Below the pieces are notes generated by a model that did not search any database, was not told where the DNA came from, and saw nothing but the letters and a program-made list of their open reading frames with translations. Shown piece after piece: positions 20,588 through 33,285 of a stretch of 64,000 nt of DNA. How positions within the stretch are numbered: position 1 is the first letter of the stretch; each line of letters opens with the position of its first letter. This stretch comes from Alphaproteobacteria bacterium (GTDB taxonomy: Bacteria > Pseudomonadota > Alphaproteobacteria > Bin95). The stretch spans positions 1,152,001 through 1,216,000 of the forward strand of contig CAXXWS020000002.1 in the NCBI GenBank assembly GCA_963665325.3, written 5' to 3'. A program made the position numbers and the translations under genes.

Positions 20588-21877
20588 ATGGTCGTGGGGA
20601 TCCTCGTCGCCCTGATGCTGCTGGTGGTTGCCGCCGTTCCTGTGGCGGCCATTCTCGGTATTCTCTCCTTCGGCCTCGACTCGATGTATTTCGGTGGCCG
20701 GCTCACGCCCGCCATCGGCGAGTTCGTCTGGGACAAGAGCAAGGAGTTCATCCTGGTTGCGGTGCCGATGTTCATCCTGCTCGGCGAGATCATGCTGAGG
20801 GCGGGCATCGCGGCACGCATGTACAACGCCGTCGCGCAATGGCTGGTCTGGCTGCCGGGCGGACTGATGCACGCCAATATCGGTTCCTGCGCCATCTTCG
20901 CCGCGTCTTCGGGCTCGTCCGTCGCGACCGCCGCGACCGTCGGCACCGTCGCCTATCCGCAAATCGAGCGCCGCGCATACAACGAGCGCCTGTTCCTGGG
21001 GTCGCTGGCGGCAGGCGGCACGCTGGGAATCCTGATTCCACCCTCGATCAACCTCATCCTCTACGGTCTGCTGACCGACAGTTCGGTGCCGGAGCTCTAC
21101 CTCGCGGGCATCATTCCGGGAGCCATCCTCTCGGCGCTGTTCATGACGGCCATCGTCGTTGCCTGCCTCTGGCGGCGCGAATGGGGCGGCGCGCGCATCG
21201 AGACCAGTTGGCGCGACCGGATCCGCACACTGCCGGACCTCGTGCCGCCGATCATGCTGTTCGTGGTGGTGGTCGGCTCGATCTATGCCGGCGTGGCGAC
21301 GCCGACCGAGGCGGCGTCGGTCGGTGTGTGCTTCGCGCTGATGCTCTCCGCATGGACCCGCACACTCACGTTCACCATGCTGCGCGAGGCCTTCGAGGGC
21401 ACAATGCGCACCACGGCGATGATCATGCTCATCATCCTGGCGGCGGTGTTCCTGAACTTCGTGTTGGGTTTCATCGGCGTGACCCAGGCGATGATCGCCT
21501 TCATGGCCGAACTCGGCCTGACGCCGATTGAGTTCATGATCCTGCTGGTCATCTTCTACCTGATCCTCGGCATGTTCATGGAAACGCTTTCCATGATGCT
21601 GACCACCGTGCCGGTGATCTTTCCCATCGTCGTGCAGATGGGGTTCGATCCGGTCTGGTTCGGCGTCATGATTACGGTGCTGATGGAGACCGCGCTCATC
21701 ACGCCGCCTATCGGCGTCAACCTCTATGTCGTGCATGGCATCCGCGCGCGCGGCGGCAAGTTCAACGATGTGGCATACGGGTCCATCCCCTTCGTAGGGT
21801 CCATGCTGGTCATGGTGGCGCTGCTGATCGTCTATGAGGATCTGGCGCTCTACCTTCCGACCCTGGTCTATCGCTGA
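20588..21877 (+). CDS. TRAP transporter large permease (DctM)
   Basis: AVPMFIL, SGSSVATAA, GTLGILIPPS, TPTEAA, ITPPIGVNL. Confidence 0.96.
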   Translation: MVVGILVALMLLVVAAVPVAAILGILSFGLDSMYFGGRLTPAIGEFVWDKSKEFILVAVPMFILLGEIMLRAGIAARMYNAVAQWLVWLPGGLMHANIGSCAIFAASSGSSVATAATVGTVAYPQIERRAYNERLFLGSLAAGGTLGILIPPSINLILYGLLTDSSVPELYLAGIIPGAILSALFMTAIVVACLWRREWGGARIETSWRDRIRTLPDLVPPIMLFVVVVGSIYAGVATPTEAASVGVCFALMLSAWTRTLTFTMLREAFEGTMRTTAMIMLIILAAVFLNFVLGFIGVTQAMIAFMAELGLTPIEFMILLVIFYLILGMFMETLSMMLTTVPVIFPIVVQMGFDPVWFGVMITVLMETALITPPIGVNLYVVHGIRARGGKFNDVAYGSIPFVGSMLVMVALLIVYEDLALYLPTLVYR

Positions 21878-21905
21878 TCCCTGCTGCCGGCTGCGGGTCA
21901 GTCCC

Positions 21906-23219
21906 GTGTTCGGCATTCGTCCGGTCCTGTCGCGCCGTATCTGGCGCATGGCGGGGCCCATTGTCGTGTCCAATGTTTCGGTGCCGCTGATCGGCGTGGT
22001 CGATACCGCGGTGATGGGCCATCTCGACGCGGCCTATTACATCGGCGCGGTCGCCATCGGCGCCATGATCTTCAACTTCCTGTTCCACCTGCTCAACTGC
22101 CTCAGGATGGGCACGACAGGGCCGACCGCCCGGGCTCGCGGGCGCGAGGACTGGGGCGAGGTGCGTGCGATGCTCTGGCGCGCTCTGACGCTCGCGGGAG
22201 CGGCGGCGGCACTGATCGTGCTGCTCCAGGGGCCGATTGCGGCGCTTGCCTTCTCGCTTGTCGAAGCGAGCGCGGAGGTCGAGGCCCATGCGCGAACTTA
22301 TTTCTTCATCCGCGTTTGGACCGCGCCGGCCAATCTCGCGATCTTCGCGATCATCGGCTGGTGCTACGGGCTGGAGGACTCGCGCACGCCGCTCGTGCTC
22401 CAGGTTGTCGTCAACCTGACCAACATGGCCCTCGATATCCTGTTCGTCATGGGCTTCGGCTGGGGGGTCGAGGGCGTGGCGATCGCCACGCTGATCGGGG
22501 AGTATCTGGGGCTCGCAGTCGCCGTGCTTGCGGTGCGCCGCCGGTTGAAGCGCCTGCCTCCGGGGCGCGGGCCGGTGTTCGACCGGGTGCGGCTGCTGCG
22601 CCTGGTCGCGATCAACCGGGACATCACGATCCGGTCGCTCTGCGTCGTCTCCGCCAATGCCATCTTCCTCGCCGAGAGCGCGGCTGCGGGCGACACGACG
22701 CTGGCCGCCAACCAGATCCTGGTGCATTTCGTCATCTTCGCCTCCTTCGGCCTGGACGGTGTGGCGCATGCGGGCGAGGCGCTGGTCGGCGACGCGGTCG
22801 GGCGGCGCAACCGTGCCGGACTTCGCGAGGTGATTCGCGCCGTGCTGGTCTGGTCCGCCGGCCTGGCAGCCCTGATGACCGCCGTCTATCTCGCCGCCAG
22901 CGGCCTCATCGTTGCAGCCATGACCTCGCTGCCCGATGTCCGGGCGGCCGCCGGAGGCTGGGCCTTGTGGGCTGCGCTTGCGCCGCTGGTCGCGGTCTGG
23001 GCCTATGCTTATGACGGCATCTTTCTTGGTTTCTCGGCAACCCGGTGGATGCTCGTCACCATGGCCATCGCCTTTGCGGGCTATGTCGCGGGGCTTCTGC
23101 TGCTGCCGGGCCCGCTCGGCAATCACGGGCTCTGGATCGCGCTCTGGCTGTTCTATGGGCTGCGCGGGATGGGTCTGGCGCTCGCCTATCCGAGGCTCAA
23201 GCGAACCTTCGCACTGTAA
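21906..23219 (+). CDS. MATE family efflux transporter (DinF-like)
   Basis: SNVSVPLIGVVDTAVMGHL, LRMGTTG, GVEGVAIAT, LAANQIL. Start uncertain; GTG 21906 chosen. Confidence 0.9.
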   Translation: MFGIRPVLSRRIWRMAGPIVVSNVSVPLIGVVDTAVMGHLDAAYYIGAVAIGAMIFNFLFHLLNCLRMGTTGPTARARGREDWGEVRAMLWRALTLAGAAAALIVLLQGPIAALAFSLVEASAEVEAHARTYFFIRVWTAPANLAIFAIIGWCYGLEDSRTPLVLQVVVNLTNMALDILFVMGFGWGVEGVAIATLIGEYLGLAVAVLAVRRRLKRLPPGRGPVFDRVRLLRLVAINRDITIRSLCVVSANAIFLAESAAAGDTTLAANQILVHFVIFASFGLDGVAHAGEALVGDAVGRRNRAGLREVIRAVLVWSAGLAALMTAVYLAASGLIVAAMTSLPDVRAAAGGWALWAALAPLVAVWAYAYDGIFLGFSATRWMLVTMAIAFAGYVAGLLLLPGPLGNHGLWIALWLFYGLRGMGLALAYPRLKRTFAL

Positions 23220-23982
23220 GCTGGTGGTTGAGCGGCCCGTGCCCCCGCCCGAGGCCGGGCGCGGAACGGATCGCTTCATGGACGAAGTTTCCCGCCCGTC
23301 TGACGGCCGACACGAGATCGAGACCCTGTGCGAGGCCGGTCGCTGCGGCCGATGCCAGCGTGCAGCCGGTGCCGTGCGTGTGCCTTGTGTCGAGCCGTTC
23401 ATGCTCGAACGCCGTCTCGCCGGAAGGCGTCAGCAGCCGGTCGCGCACGGCGGCGCCCTCGCCGTGTCCGTCCTTCAACAGCACCGCCCCCACCCCGAGC
23501 GCGGCCCAGGTCGGCCAGTCCGGCGGGCGGCCGTCCAGCAGCGCTTCCGCTTCCGGCAGGTTCGGCGTCAGCAGCGTTGCAAGCGGCAGCATGCGCCGGC
23601 GCAGCGCCTCGACCGCGTCTTCCCTGAGCAGGGCATGCCCGCCCTTCGCCACCATGACCGGATCGACCACGACCGGCACGCCCGGGGCCTCCCGCGCTAG
23701 CGTCTCGGCCACCGCCTCGATGACCTCTGCGTCGTGCAACATGCCGGTCTTTACGGCATCCGCGCCGATGTCGCGCAGCACGACCCGCATCTGGTCGGCG
23801 ATGAAGCCGGGCGGCACCGGATGGACGCCATGGACGCCTTCCGTGTTCTGCGCCGTGAGCGCGGTCACCGCCGTCATGGCGAAACCGCCCAGCGCCGTGC
23901 AGGTCTTGATGTCGGCCTGGATTCCTGCCCCACCGCCGGAATCGGAGCCCGCGACGATCAGCAGGCGGCCCTGCGCTTCCAT
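23197..23982 (-). CDS. thiD: hydroxymethylpyrimidine/phosphomethylpyrimidine kinase
   Basis: AGSDSGGGAGIQADIKT, VKTGML, DPVM, TPNLPEA, THGTGCTLAS. Confidence 0.97.
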   Translation of the reverse strand: MEAQGRLLIVAGSDSGGGAGIQADIKTCTALGGFAMTAVTALTAQNTEGVHGVHPVPPGFIADQMRVVLRDIGADAVKTGMLHDAEVIEAVAETLAREAPGVPVVVDPVMVAKGGHALLREDAVEALRRRMLPLATLLTPNLPEAEALLDGRPPDWPTWAALGVGAVLLKDGHGEGAAVRDRLLTPSGETAFEHERLDTRHTHGTGCTLASAAATGLAQGLDLVSAVRRAGNFVHEAIRSAPGLGRGHGPLNHQLTVRRFA

Positions 23983-24144
23983 AACCGGCCCCCTTCCTTC
24001 GATCCGCCAGTTTATAGCCCTCCATCGCCGCCCGGTCGCCCCCGCGCGGCGCGCCGGTTTCGGGGCGGAGGCGCAAGATTCGGAATGCGCGGACCCCTCG
24101 CGCGCCTATCCTGCAGCGCTTCACCGCATTCGGGGTAAGCACTC

Positions 24145-25071
24145 ATGTCCATGCCCGCGCCGCGCCTCGACGGCACAGCCTGGGGGCTGTTGTTTGCCTT
24201 GTCGCTCGTTTGGGGTGGCTCGTTCTTCTTTGCCGAGATTGCGCTGGCCGCGCTGCCGCCGTTCACTATCGTGCTCGCCCGGCTTGCCATCGGCGCGGCC
24301 GGCCTTTGGCTGCTGCTTGCAATCGCCGGCGAGCGTCTGCCTGCCGGGCCGAAGCAGTGGCGCGACCTTGCGATCATGGGCCTGCTCAACAATGCCGCGC
24401 CCTTCACGCTCATCGTCTGGGGCCAGCAATGGATTACCGGCGGTCTTGCGAGCGTGCTGAACGCCACGACACCGGTTTTCGGCGTCGTCGCCGCCCACTT
24501 TCTGACTGCGGACGAAAAGCTGACCGCCAACCGGCTGGCGGGCGTCGCAATCGGCGTTGCGGGCGTCGCCGTGCTGGTGGGGCCGACCGCGTCGGCGGGG
24601 CCGCTTGGCTCGAGCGGTTATCTGCTTGGCTGCGCGGCGGTGCTGGGCGCAGCCGTCTCCTATGCGGCGGCCGGGCTCTGGGGCCGGCGCCTGCGGCATC
24701 TGCCGCCGGTCGCCGCCGCGGCCGGGCAGGTCGGCTGCTCCACAGTCCTCGTGCTGCCGCTGGCGCTGGTGCTCGAGCGGCCCTGGCGCCTTGCCGCGCC
24801 GCCGCCCGAGGTCTGGGGGGCGCTGGCCGGCATCGGCCTGCTCAGCACCAGCGTCGCCTATGTGCTGTTCTTCGCGATCGTGCGCCGGGCGGGTGGGGCG
24901 AACGTCATGCTGGTAACCCTGATGATTCCGCCGAGTGCCGTGCTTCTGGGCGTGCTGTTCCTCGGAGAAGCGGTCGGGGCCGGCCAGCTTCTCGGCATGG
25001 CGCTCGTCGCAGCAGCGCTGCTGGCCATAGATGGCCGCTTCCTCCGGGCCTTCCGCCGGAGTCGAGGCTAG
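24145..25071 (+). CDS. DMT/EamA family transporter
   Basis: WGGSF, GLLNNAAPF, LNATTP, LFLGE; about 10 TM in two repeats. Confidence 0.92.
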   Translation: MSMPAPRLDGTAWGLLFALSLVWGGSFFFAEIALAALPPFTIVLARLAIGAAGLWLLLAIAGERLPAGPKQWRDLAIMGLLNNAAPFTLIVWGQQWITGGLASVLNATTPVFGVVAAHFLTADEKLTANRLAGVAIGVAGVAVLVGPTASAGPLGSSGYLLGCAAVLGAAVSYAAAGLWGRRLRHLPPVAAAAGQVGCSTVLVLPLALVLERPWRLAAPPPEVWGALAGIGLLSTSVAYVLFFAIVRRAGGANVMLVTLMIPPSAVLLGVLFLGEAVGAGQLLGMALVAAALLAIDGRFLRAFRRSRG

Positions 25072-25108
25072 CCCGCAACGACCGGGAGGCGGCCCTGCGC
25101 ACCCGTGC

Positions 25109-26458
25109 TCAGACCGCAGCCCGGATATCTGCAGCCAGCCCGTCCACGACCTCGCCGACCAGGCCCTCGTCCTCGGCCTCGGCCATGATCCGGATCAGCG
25201 GTTCGGTGCCGGACTTGCGGACCAGCAGCCGGCCGACACCGCGCAACCTCTCTTCGGCATCTTTCACCGCTTTCCGCACGGCAGGCGCCGCAAGCGGGTC
25301 CCGCACGCCGTAGCGCACGCTCTCCAGGCGTTGCGGCAGCGGCTCGAAGAGGGACAGCAGTTCCGAGGCCGGTTTGCCGCTCGCCACCAGTTCCGCCAGC
25401 ACCTGCAGCGCCGCCAGCAGGCCGTCGCCGGTTGCGGAGAAGTCGCGCAGGACGATATGCCCGGACTGTTCGCCGCCCAGATTGAGGTCGTGCTTGCGCA
25501 TGTGCTCGACCACATAGCGGTCGCCGACCCGGGTGCGGGCAAGCCCGACACCGATGCCGTCCAGGTAGCGTTCGAGCCCGAGATTCGACATGACCGTCGC
25601 CGCGACGGCATTGCCGCGCAGGCTGCCGCGGCGCTGCCAGACAGCGGCGACGAGGGCCATGACCTGGTCGCCGTCTATCGGCCTGCCGGCGTCGTCCGCA
25701 AGTACGAGCCGGTCCGCGTCGCCATCGAGCGAAAGGCCGATATCGGCTCCGTGTTCCCGCACCGCCCGGCAGATCCTTTCCGGGTGCGCGGCTCCACAGG
25801 CATCGTTGATGTTCGTGCCGTCCGGCGACACGGCGACCGGAATGACCTCGGCTCCGAGTTCCCAAAGCACGTCCGGAGCCACCCGGTAAGCGGCTCCGTT
25901 GGCGCAATCGACAGCGATCCTGAGACCGTCGAGGCGCATTCCGCGCGGGAAGCTGCCTTTCACGACCTCGATGTAGCGCCCCTGCGCATCGTCCATACGC
26001 CGGGCCCGGCCGAGCGCTTCCGGCGAAGCCCGGTGGGAGTCCGCATCGGCCATGGCAGCCTCGATAGCCTTTTCCTCCGCGTCCGAGAGTTTGTAGCCGT
26101 CGGGGCCGAAAATCTTGATGCCGTTGTCGTAGTAGGGGTTGTGCGAGGCGGAGAGCATGATGCCAAGGTCCGCCCGGAGGGACCGTGTCAGCCCCGAGAC
26201 CGCCGGCGTCGGCATCGGCCCCACCATGACCACATCCCAGCCGAGCGCGACGAACCCGCAGACCAGGGCCGGCTCCAGCAAATAGCCGGAAAGGCGCGTG
26301 TCCTTGGCGATGACCGCCGTGCGGTGCCCGCCGCCGCCGAAACAGGCTGCCGCGGCCATCGCCACGCGCATCGCCGTTTCCGGCGTCATCGGCTCGACAT
26401 TCGCCCGCCCGCGAATGCCGTCGGTGCCGAACAGACTGCGCGTTTCGCTTCCATCCAT
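25109..26458 (-). CDS. glmM: phosphoglucosamine mutase
   Basis: [34 protein letters not shown]. Alternative start at 26470. Confidence 0.97.
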   Translation of the reverse strand: MDGSETRSLFGTDGIRGRANVEPMTPETAMRVAMAAAACFGGGGHRTAVIAKDTRLSGYLLEPALVCGFVALGWDVVMVGPMPTPAVSGLTRSLRADLGIMLSASHNPYYDNGIKIFGPDGYKLSDAEEKAIEAAMADADSHRASPEALGRARRMDDAQGRYIEVVKGSFPRGMRLDGLRIAVDCANGAAYRVAPDVLWELGAEVIPVAVSPDGTNINDACGAAHPERICRAVREHGADIGLSLDGDADRLVLADDAGRPIDGDQVMALVAAVWQRRGSLRGNAVAATVMSNLGLERYLDGIGVGLARTRVGDRYVVEHMRKHDLNLGGEQSGHIVLRDFSATGDGLLAALQVLAELVASGKPASELLSLFEPLPQRLESVRYGVRDPLAAPAVRKAVKDAEERLRGVGRLLVRKSGTEPLIRIMAEAEDEGLVGEVVDGLAADIRAAV

Positions 26459-26462
26459 GGTT

Positions 26463-27296
26463 TCAAACATGCCGAAGCGCCTGCCACACCGCAAGCGCGC
26501 GCCGGGTTTCCTCGACATCGTGAACCCGCAACAGGCGAACCCCCCGGTCAAGGGCGAACAGGCCCGCGGCCAGAGATTCCGGGAAGCGGCGTTTCGGGTC
26601 GCTCTCGCCCGAAAGACGCCCGAGCGACGCCTTGCGGGAGACGCCGATTGCAACTGTACATCCGAGCGCGCGGAACCGCTCCAGTCCCTGCAGCAAGGCC
26701 AGATTGTGCTCCATGGTCTTGCCGAAGCCGTAGCCCGGATCGACAGCGAGGCGCTCCGGGCCGATGCCCGCCTTCCGGCACGCCGCGACGCGCGAGGCGA
26801 GGAAGGCGAAGACATCCTCCACAACGTCGTCGTAACGGGGCGCGTCCTGCATCGTCTCCGGACTGCCCTGCATGTGGACCAGCACGGCGCTCGCACCGGA
26901 CCCGGCGACGAGGCCGAGCGAGGCCGGGTCCGCAGTAAGGGCCGAGACATCGTTTGCGATGGAGGCTCCGGCGGTGAGCGCGGCACGAAGCACGCCCGGG
27001 TGGCGGGTATCGACCGACACCGGAACGCCGTCCGCCGCAAGCGCCGCCACGACCGGCAGGATGCGCCGGCATTCCTCCGCCTCGCCAACCTCGACGGCGC
27101 CGGGCCGGGTCGATTCCCCGCCGACATCGACGATATCCGCGCCCGCGGCCGAAAGCGCCCTGCCGCGCCCGATTGCAGCCCTCGGTTCGAACCAGTCGCC
27201 GCCGTCGGAAAAGCTGTCCGGGGTCACGTTGACGACGCCCATAAGGAGGGGCCGCCGGGTGGAAAGGCCGGCGAAGCGGGAAGGCTGCCCAGGCAA
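26463..27296 (-). CDS. folP: dihydropteroate synthase
   Basis: [39 protein letters not shown]. Confidence 0.97.
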   Translation of the reverse strand: MPGQPSRFAGLSTRRPLLMGVVNVTPDSFSDGGDWFEPRAAIGRGRALSAAGADIVDVGGESTRPGAVEVGEAEECRRILPVVAALAADGVPVSVDTRHPGVLRAALTAGASIANDVSALTADPASLGLVAGSGASAVLVHMQGSPETMQDAPRYDDVVEDVFAFLASRVAACRKAGIGPERLAVDPGYGFGKTMEHNLALLQGLERFRALGCTVAIGVSRKASLGRLSGESDPKRRFPESLAAGLFALDRGVRLLRVHDVEETRRALAVWQALRHV

Positions 27297-27323
27297 GACC
27301 GGGACCGGCGCCCGGAGGAGCGC

Positions 27324-29252
<1,929 letters not shown>

Positions 29253-29307
29253 CGTCTTCAGAGAACGCCTCCGGCCGGCGTGAAACGGTGAGGGGAGTAT
29301 CCCGATT

Positions 29308-30624
29308 CTAGTTAAGTCGCGCGCCGCTGGAAACAAGAGCGAATCCCGGGCCCGCCAGCGCTGAGCGCGGCCGGAATGTCGCACAGGGGTATGCCGTGTC
29401 GTCAAGCCCGTATGTGGTGTCACCCGATTCTACACGCCGGCCGTCCTCGAAGAAGAAAGCGGGCAATGCCCGGTCGAGTGCGGCCGGCCAGGGCCGGGAC
29501 CGCGCCGGTGCGGCATGTGTTCGCTGTGCCACGACAACCGGCGCGGGACCCGGATTGACGACGCGGAACCGTCCGTCCCAGAGACCTTGCGCGCCGGAGC
29601 GAAGCTTCAGCACTTCCCGAATCCGACCGGCCTCCCGGCCGCACCACCAGCCGGAGCGGGCTGGAATCAGGGCGCAGCCGCCCAGCGTGGTTGCCGGTGC
29701 CGTCCCCGTAAGTCGTGCCGCGAGTCCGGCCAGTCGTGCGCTGCGGGGCGGATGAACTCGCCCGCCGACAGTCGCGAGCAGGCGCCCGAGCGCCGCTTCG
29801 CCGACCGGCGAGGAGAGCATTCGGACGATATCGACGCGCGCGATTCCGCTTTCGTGGAATTCGACCGTCTGCACCAGCAGGTCGGCCATCTGCTCGTCCT
29901 GCAAGCGACGCGTCGACGCCCGTTCAGCGGCCTCGCGGCCCATGTCGCTCAACTGCAAGGCCGTCATCCCGGCGCGCAGCCGGCCTCGCGCCGAAGAGGG
30001 CTCCAGGTTCGTCGGGTCGTCTGTCCACTCGACGCCGAGGCGGGCCAGATAGGCCTCGAGGTCGCCGCGGGGCCGCGCCAGCAACGGGCGCAGCACGCGC
30101 ATATCGGGAAGCTCATTGAGGGGCGCCATGGCGGCGAGGCCTCGCTCGCCGCTATTGCGTTCGGCCCGCATCGCTGCCGTTTCGCCCTGGTCTTCCAGAT
30201 GGTGGCCGATCAGAAGATGAAGGGCCCCGGCATCCCGGCAGGCCCCGGCGAGCAGCCGGTACCGGGCCTCGCGCGCCGCGGCTTGTCTGTTTCCGGCTGC
30301 AAGCGGCCCGGTGCGGACGACGGTCCGGTGCGGGATGCCGAACCGGGAAAGCCGGGCGCCGGCTTCTGCCGCTTCATCGCCCGATTCGGGCCGAAGGCGG
30401 TGATCGACGGTGACCGCAAGGAGGTCTCCACCGCGCGAATCGGTCCAGGCTTTGGCCATCAGCGCGAGCGCCATGCTGTCGCGGCCGCCGGAGACGGCGG
30501 CGATCAGGCGCGGCTTGCGCTCGAATGGACCGAGTCGCTCCATGGCAATGTCGAACGCCGGGTCTGGCGGGGGGATCGTCGCGGCAGCCCAGCGGTCGGG
30601 GGTTGGCGGCGCGGGAGTCAGCAA
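29308..30624 (-). CDS. tilS: tRNA(Ile)-lysidine synthetase
   Basis: [10 protein letters not shown]-loop, [30 protein letters not shown]. Start uncertain (TTG 30624 or ATG 30543). Confidence 0.94.
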   Translation of the reverse strand: MLTPAPPTPDRWAAATIPPPDPAFDIAMERLGPFERKPRLIAAVSGGRDSMALALMAKAWTDSRGGDLLAVTVDHRLRPESGDEAAEAGARLSRFGIPHRTVVRTGPLAAGNRQAAAREARYRLLAGACRDAGALHLLIGHHLEDQGETAAMRAERNSGERGLAAMAPLNELPDMRVLRPLLARPRGDLEAYLARLGVEWTDDPTNLEPSSARGRLRAGMTALQLSDMGREAAERASTRRLQDEQMADLLVQTVEFHESGIARVDIVRMLSSPVGEAALGRLLATVGGRVHPPRSARLAGLAARLTGTAPATTLGGCALIPARSGWWCGREAGRIREVLKLRSGAQGLWDGRFRVVNPGPAPVVVAQRTHAAPARSRPWPAALDRALPAFFFEDGRRVESGDTTYGLDDTAYPCATFRPRSALAGPGFALVSSGARLN

Positions 30625-31316
30625 TCGAGCCGCCGACGCTCGGCGTCGGCGGCGGCGATGACGGCTGGCGGCGCCTGCTTGTGCTTGCGGGAGAGCCGCG
30701 AAAGCGCAATGCAGGCTTCCTCCTGCTTGTCGAGTGCTGCGAGCGCCCGGCCGAGCTTCAGCAGGTTGTCGGGGGCCTTGGGACCTTTGGGGTCCTTTTC
30801 GTAAGCGAGCAGGAAGTGCTGTGCAGCGGCGCCGTGCTTTCCCTGCCCCGCAAGGCTGGCCGCCAGCCAGTGCCGGGCGTTGTTGGCCAGATCGTGCCCG
30901 GCAAAGTCTTCCAGGAAAGTCGTAAAGACCCCCTCAGCTTCCGGCAGGCGCGCCTGGAGCAGCAGGTTCCGTCCCTGCTTGTACAGTTCCAGCGCGTTGC
31001 CTCCCGGCAGTCCGGCCGGTGCTGCCACCCCGGTTTCGGCCGTCGAGGCGACCGGAGGAGCGGCGCCTTCGACATCTGCCGTCGGAGGTTCGGGGCGTTC
31101 GGCCGGCTGCTGCGTCGCCGCGCGTTCAAGCGTTTCCACGCGCAGCTCCATACCGTCGAGTCGGCGCTGAAGCCGCTCGACGGTGTTGTTGAGTGCGCGC
31201 AGGTCGCGTTCATAAGCCGAGAGCCGATTCAGAATCGGCAGCAGCGCCTGATCGGCCATCTGCGCCGCTGCCACGGAGGGCAGGGCGAAGAGCAGCAGAA
31301 ACGACAGGACGCGCAT
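30618..31316 (-). CDS. cpoB: cell division coordinator CpoB/YbgF (coiled coil + TPR)
   Basis: Signal peptide, N-terminal coiled coil, TPR with KAPDNLLKLG..EAC; lies between pal and tilS. Confidence 0.85.
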   Translation of the reverse strand: MRVLSFLLLFALPSVAAAQMADQALLPILNRLSAYERDLRALNNTVERLQRRLDGMELRVETLERAATQQPAERPEPPTADVEGAAPPVASTAETGVAAPAGLPGGNALELYKQGRNLLLQARLPEAEGVFTTFLEDFAGHDLANNARHWLAASLAGQGKHGAAAQHFLLAYEKDPKGPKAPDNLLKLGRALAALDKQEEACIALSRLSRKHKQAPPAVIAAADAERRRLDC

Positions 31317-31322
31317 GGCCGG

Positions 31323-31847
31323 TCAGTCGAGGATCATCACCGAACGGCGGTTCTTGGCCCAGGCCTGCTCATTCGATTCGACTGCTTCAGGCCGTTCCTT
31401 GCCGTAGCTGACGATCCGCACCCGGTTGGCGTCGATGCCGGAGGCGAGCAGGTAGCTGCGCACCTCGGCGGCGCGCCGCTCGCCGAGCGCCAGGTTGTAT
31501 TCCCTCGTACCGCGTTCATCCGCGTGACCTTCGACGACCACCGACAGGCCGCCGTGCGCGGTAAGCCAATTCGCCCACGCTGCAACCTGGTCCTGCGCTT
31601 CGGCGTTGAGGTCGTGCTGGTCGTAGGAGAACTGCACCCGGTCGCCAATGACCTGTTGCAGTTCTTCTGTCGACCCCGGCGGAGGCGCCAGCGTCTGTGA
31701 GCCAACCCCCTGGTCCTGCTTGGCCGCTGCCTGGGCCCCCGTGGTTGCAGGCGGAGCGGCCGCCTTGCCGTCGTCCAACTCCGAGCCCGTCTCGCAGGCG
31801 GTGAGCAGCACCAGCGCCAGAGCCGGCGCCAGCAGTTTCATCGACAT
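31323..31847 (-). CDS. pal: peptidoglycan-associated lipoprotein Pal
   Basis: Lipobox LTAC; EGHADERGTREYNLALGERRA, SYGKERP, KNRR. Confidence 0.97.
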   Translation of the reverse strand: MSMKLLAPALALVLLTACETGSELDDGKAAAPPATTGAQAAAKQDQGVGSQTLAPPPGSTEELQQVIGDRVQFSYDQHDLNAEAQDQVAAWANWLTAHGGLSVVVEGHADERGTREYNLALGERRAAEVRSYLLASGIDANRVRIVSYGKERPEAVESNEQAWAKNRRSVMILD

Positions 31848-31932
31848 TCGAAATCTCCTTCTGTTTCGCGGTGAATGAGCCGGCCGCGAATCGGCGCCAT
31901 TGTGCGGCATTCGACCCTCGGCACAAGGGTAT

Positions 31933-33267
31933 TCACGGGGATATCGGCGACCAGGCCGGGTCGGAGGCGTCGGTGTCCGACTCGATCCGGCGCGGCGAGC
32001 CTCCGGTGATATTGACCTGCCACAATCCGGGCGAGAAACCCACCCGGCGATCCTGGATGCTGTCCTGCTTGAAATAGGCCAACACCCGCCCGTTCGGCGA
32101 CCAGGTCGGCCCTTCGGCGTGATAGGCTGAATCTAAGATCCTCGCTTCGGTGCCGTCGGGGCGCATGGTGCCGATATGGAATTGCCCGCCGAATATCTTC
32201 GTGAAGGCGATGAGGTCGCCGCGCGGGGACCATACCGGCGTGGCGAACCTGCCCCTGCCGGTGGTGATCCGGCGCGGGTCCGAGCCGTCGGCATTCATGA
32301 CATAGAGCTGTTGGGTGCCGCTTCGCTTGGACTCGAACACGACCCGGGAGCCGTCCGGGCTGTAGGAAGCCGCCGCATCGATGCCGGCAGTGTGTGTAAG
32401 GCGCGTAAGCGCGCGCGTCCCGAGGTCCATCGAGAAGATGTCGGAATTGCCTTCCTCCTGGGTCATCGTGATCAGCACGTTGTTTCCGTCCGGGGAGAAG
32501 CGCGGCGCATACTGCATTCCGGGGAACCGGCCGAGCGCTTCGCGCTGGCCGGAGTCGATGTTCAGGATGTGCACGCTCGGCGGCTGGTTCGGCCGGTCGT
32601 AGGAGAGATAGATGATTTCCTGCTTCGTCGGCGAGAAGCGGGGCGTCAGCACGAGGTTGGCCCCGTCGGTGAGGTAGCGCGCGCGCGCCCCGTCCTGGTC
32701 CATCAGCACGAGCCGTTTCCGGCGCTTGTCCGCCGGGCCCGTCTCCGAGACGAAGACGATGCGGCTGTCGAAATAGCCCTCCTCGCCGGTGACCTGCTTG
32801 TAGATGGAGTCGGCGATCTTGTGGGCGAGACGGCGCCAATTCTCCGGCAGCGTGGTGTAGGTCACGCCGACAAGCTGCTGCTGGGTGAACACGTCCCAGA
32901 GCCGGAACAGGGCGTGCAGGCGTCCGTCCGGCTGCATCGAGGTTTCGCCGACGACCAGCAGATGCGCGCCGATAACGCGCCAATTGTTGAAGTCCGGGCG
33001 AAGATCGGCGTCGTCGGGGCGGGAGAGGAATGCGTCCTCGGAGATTCCCCTGAAGAGCGCGGAGCGCTCCAGGTCGGCGCGAATGACATCGGCCATCTCG
33101 TCCCCGAATCGGGCAGCCTCCTTGTCCGCACTGGAGAACGGCGCAATCGCGACCGGCACCGGATCCGGAACGCCCTCGGTGATGTCGATGGTCACCTGCG
33201 CCGCAGCCGGCATGGCTGCCGCCAGCGGCACTAGGAGCGCGGCGAGACGGAGGAACGGGAGTGGCAT
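31933..33267 (-). CDS. tolB: Tol-Pal beta-propeller protein TolB
   Basis: DLERSALF, AHKIADSIY..TGEEGYFDSRI, MDQDG, repeated PRFSPDG/WSP. Confidence 0.97.
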   Translation of the reverse strand: MPLPFLRLAALLVPLAAAMPAAAQVTIDITEGVPDPVPVAIAPFSSADKEAARFGDEMADVIRADLERSALFRGISEDAFLSRPDDADLRPDFNNWRVIGAHLLVVGETSMQPDGRLHALFRLWDVFTQQQLVGVTYTTLPENWRRLAHKIADSIYKQVTGEEGYFDSRIVFVSETGPADKRRKRLVLMDQDGARARYLTDGANLVLTPRFSPTKQEIIYLSYDRPNQPPSVHILNIDSGQREALGRFPGMQYAPRFSPDGNNVLITMTQEEGNSDIFSMDLGTRALTRLTHTAGIDAAASYSPDGSRVVFESKRSGTQQLYVMNADGSDPRRITTGRGRFATPVWSPRGDLIAFTKIFGGQFHIGTMRPDGTEARILDSAYHAEGPTWSPNGRVLAYFKQDSIQDRRVGFSPGLWQVNITGGSPRRIESDTDASDPAWSPISP

Positions 33268-33285
33268 GGTCTGCAGTCTCCTCGT

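Noticed and set aside
23983-24144. TPP riboswitch upstream of thiD
   Set aside because: No CTGAGA or CCTGA...AGGGA core on the minus strand.
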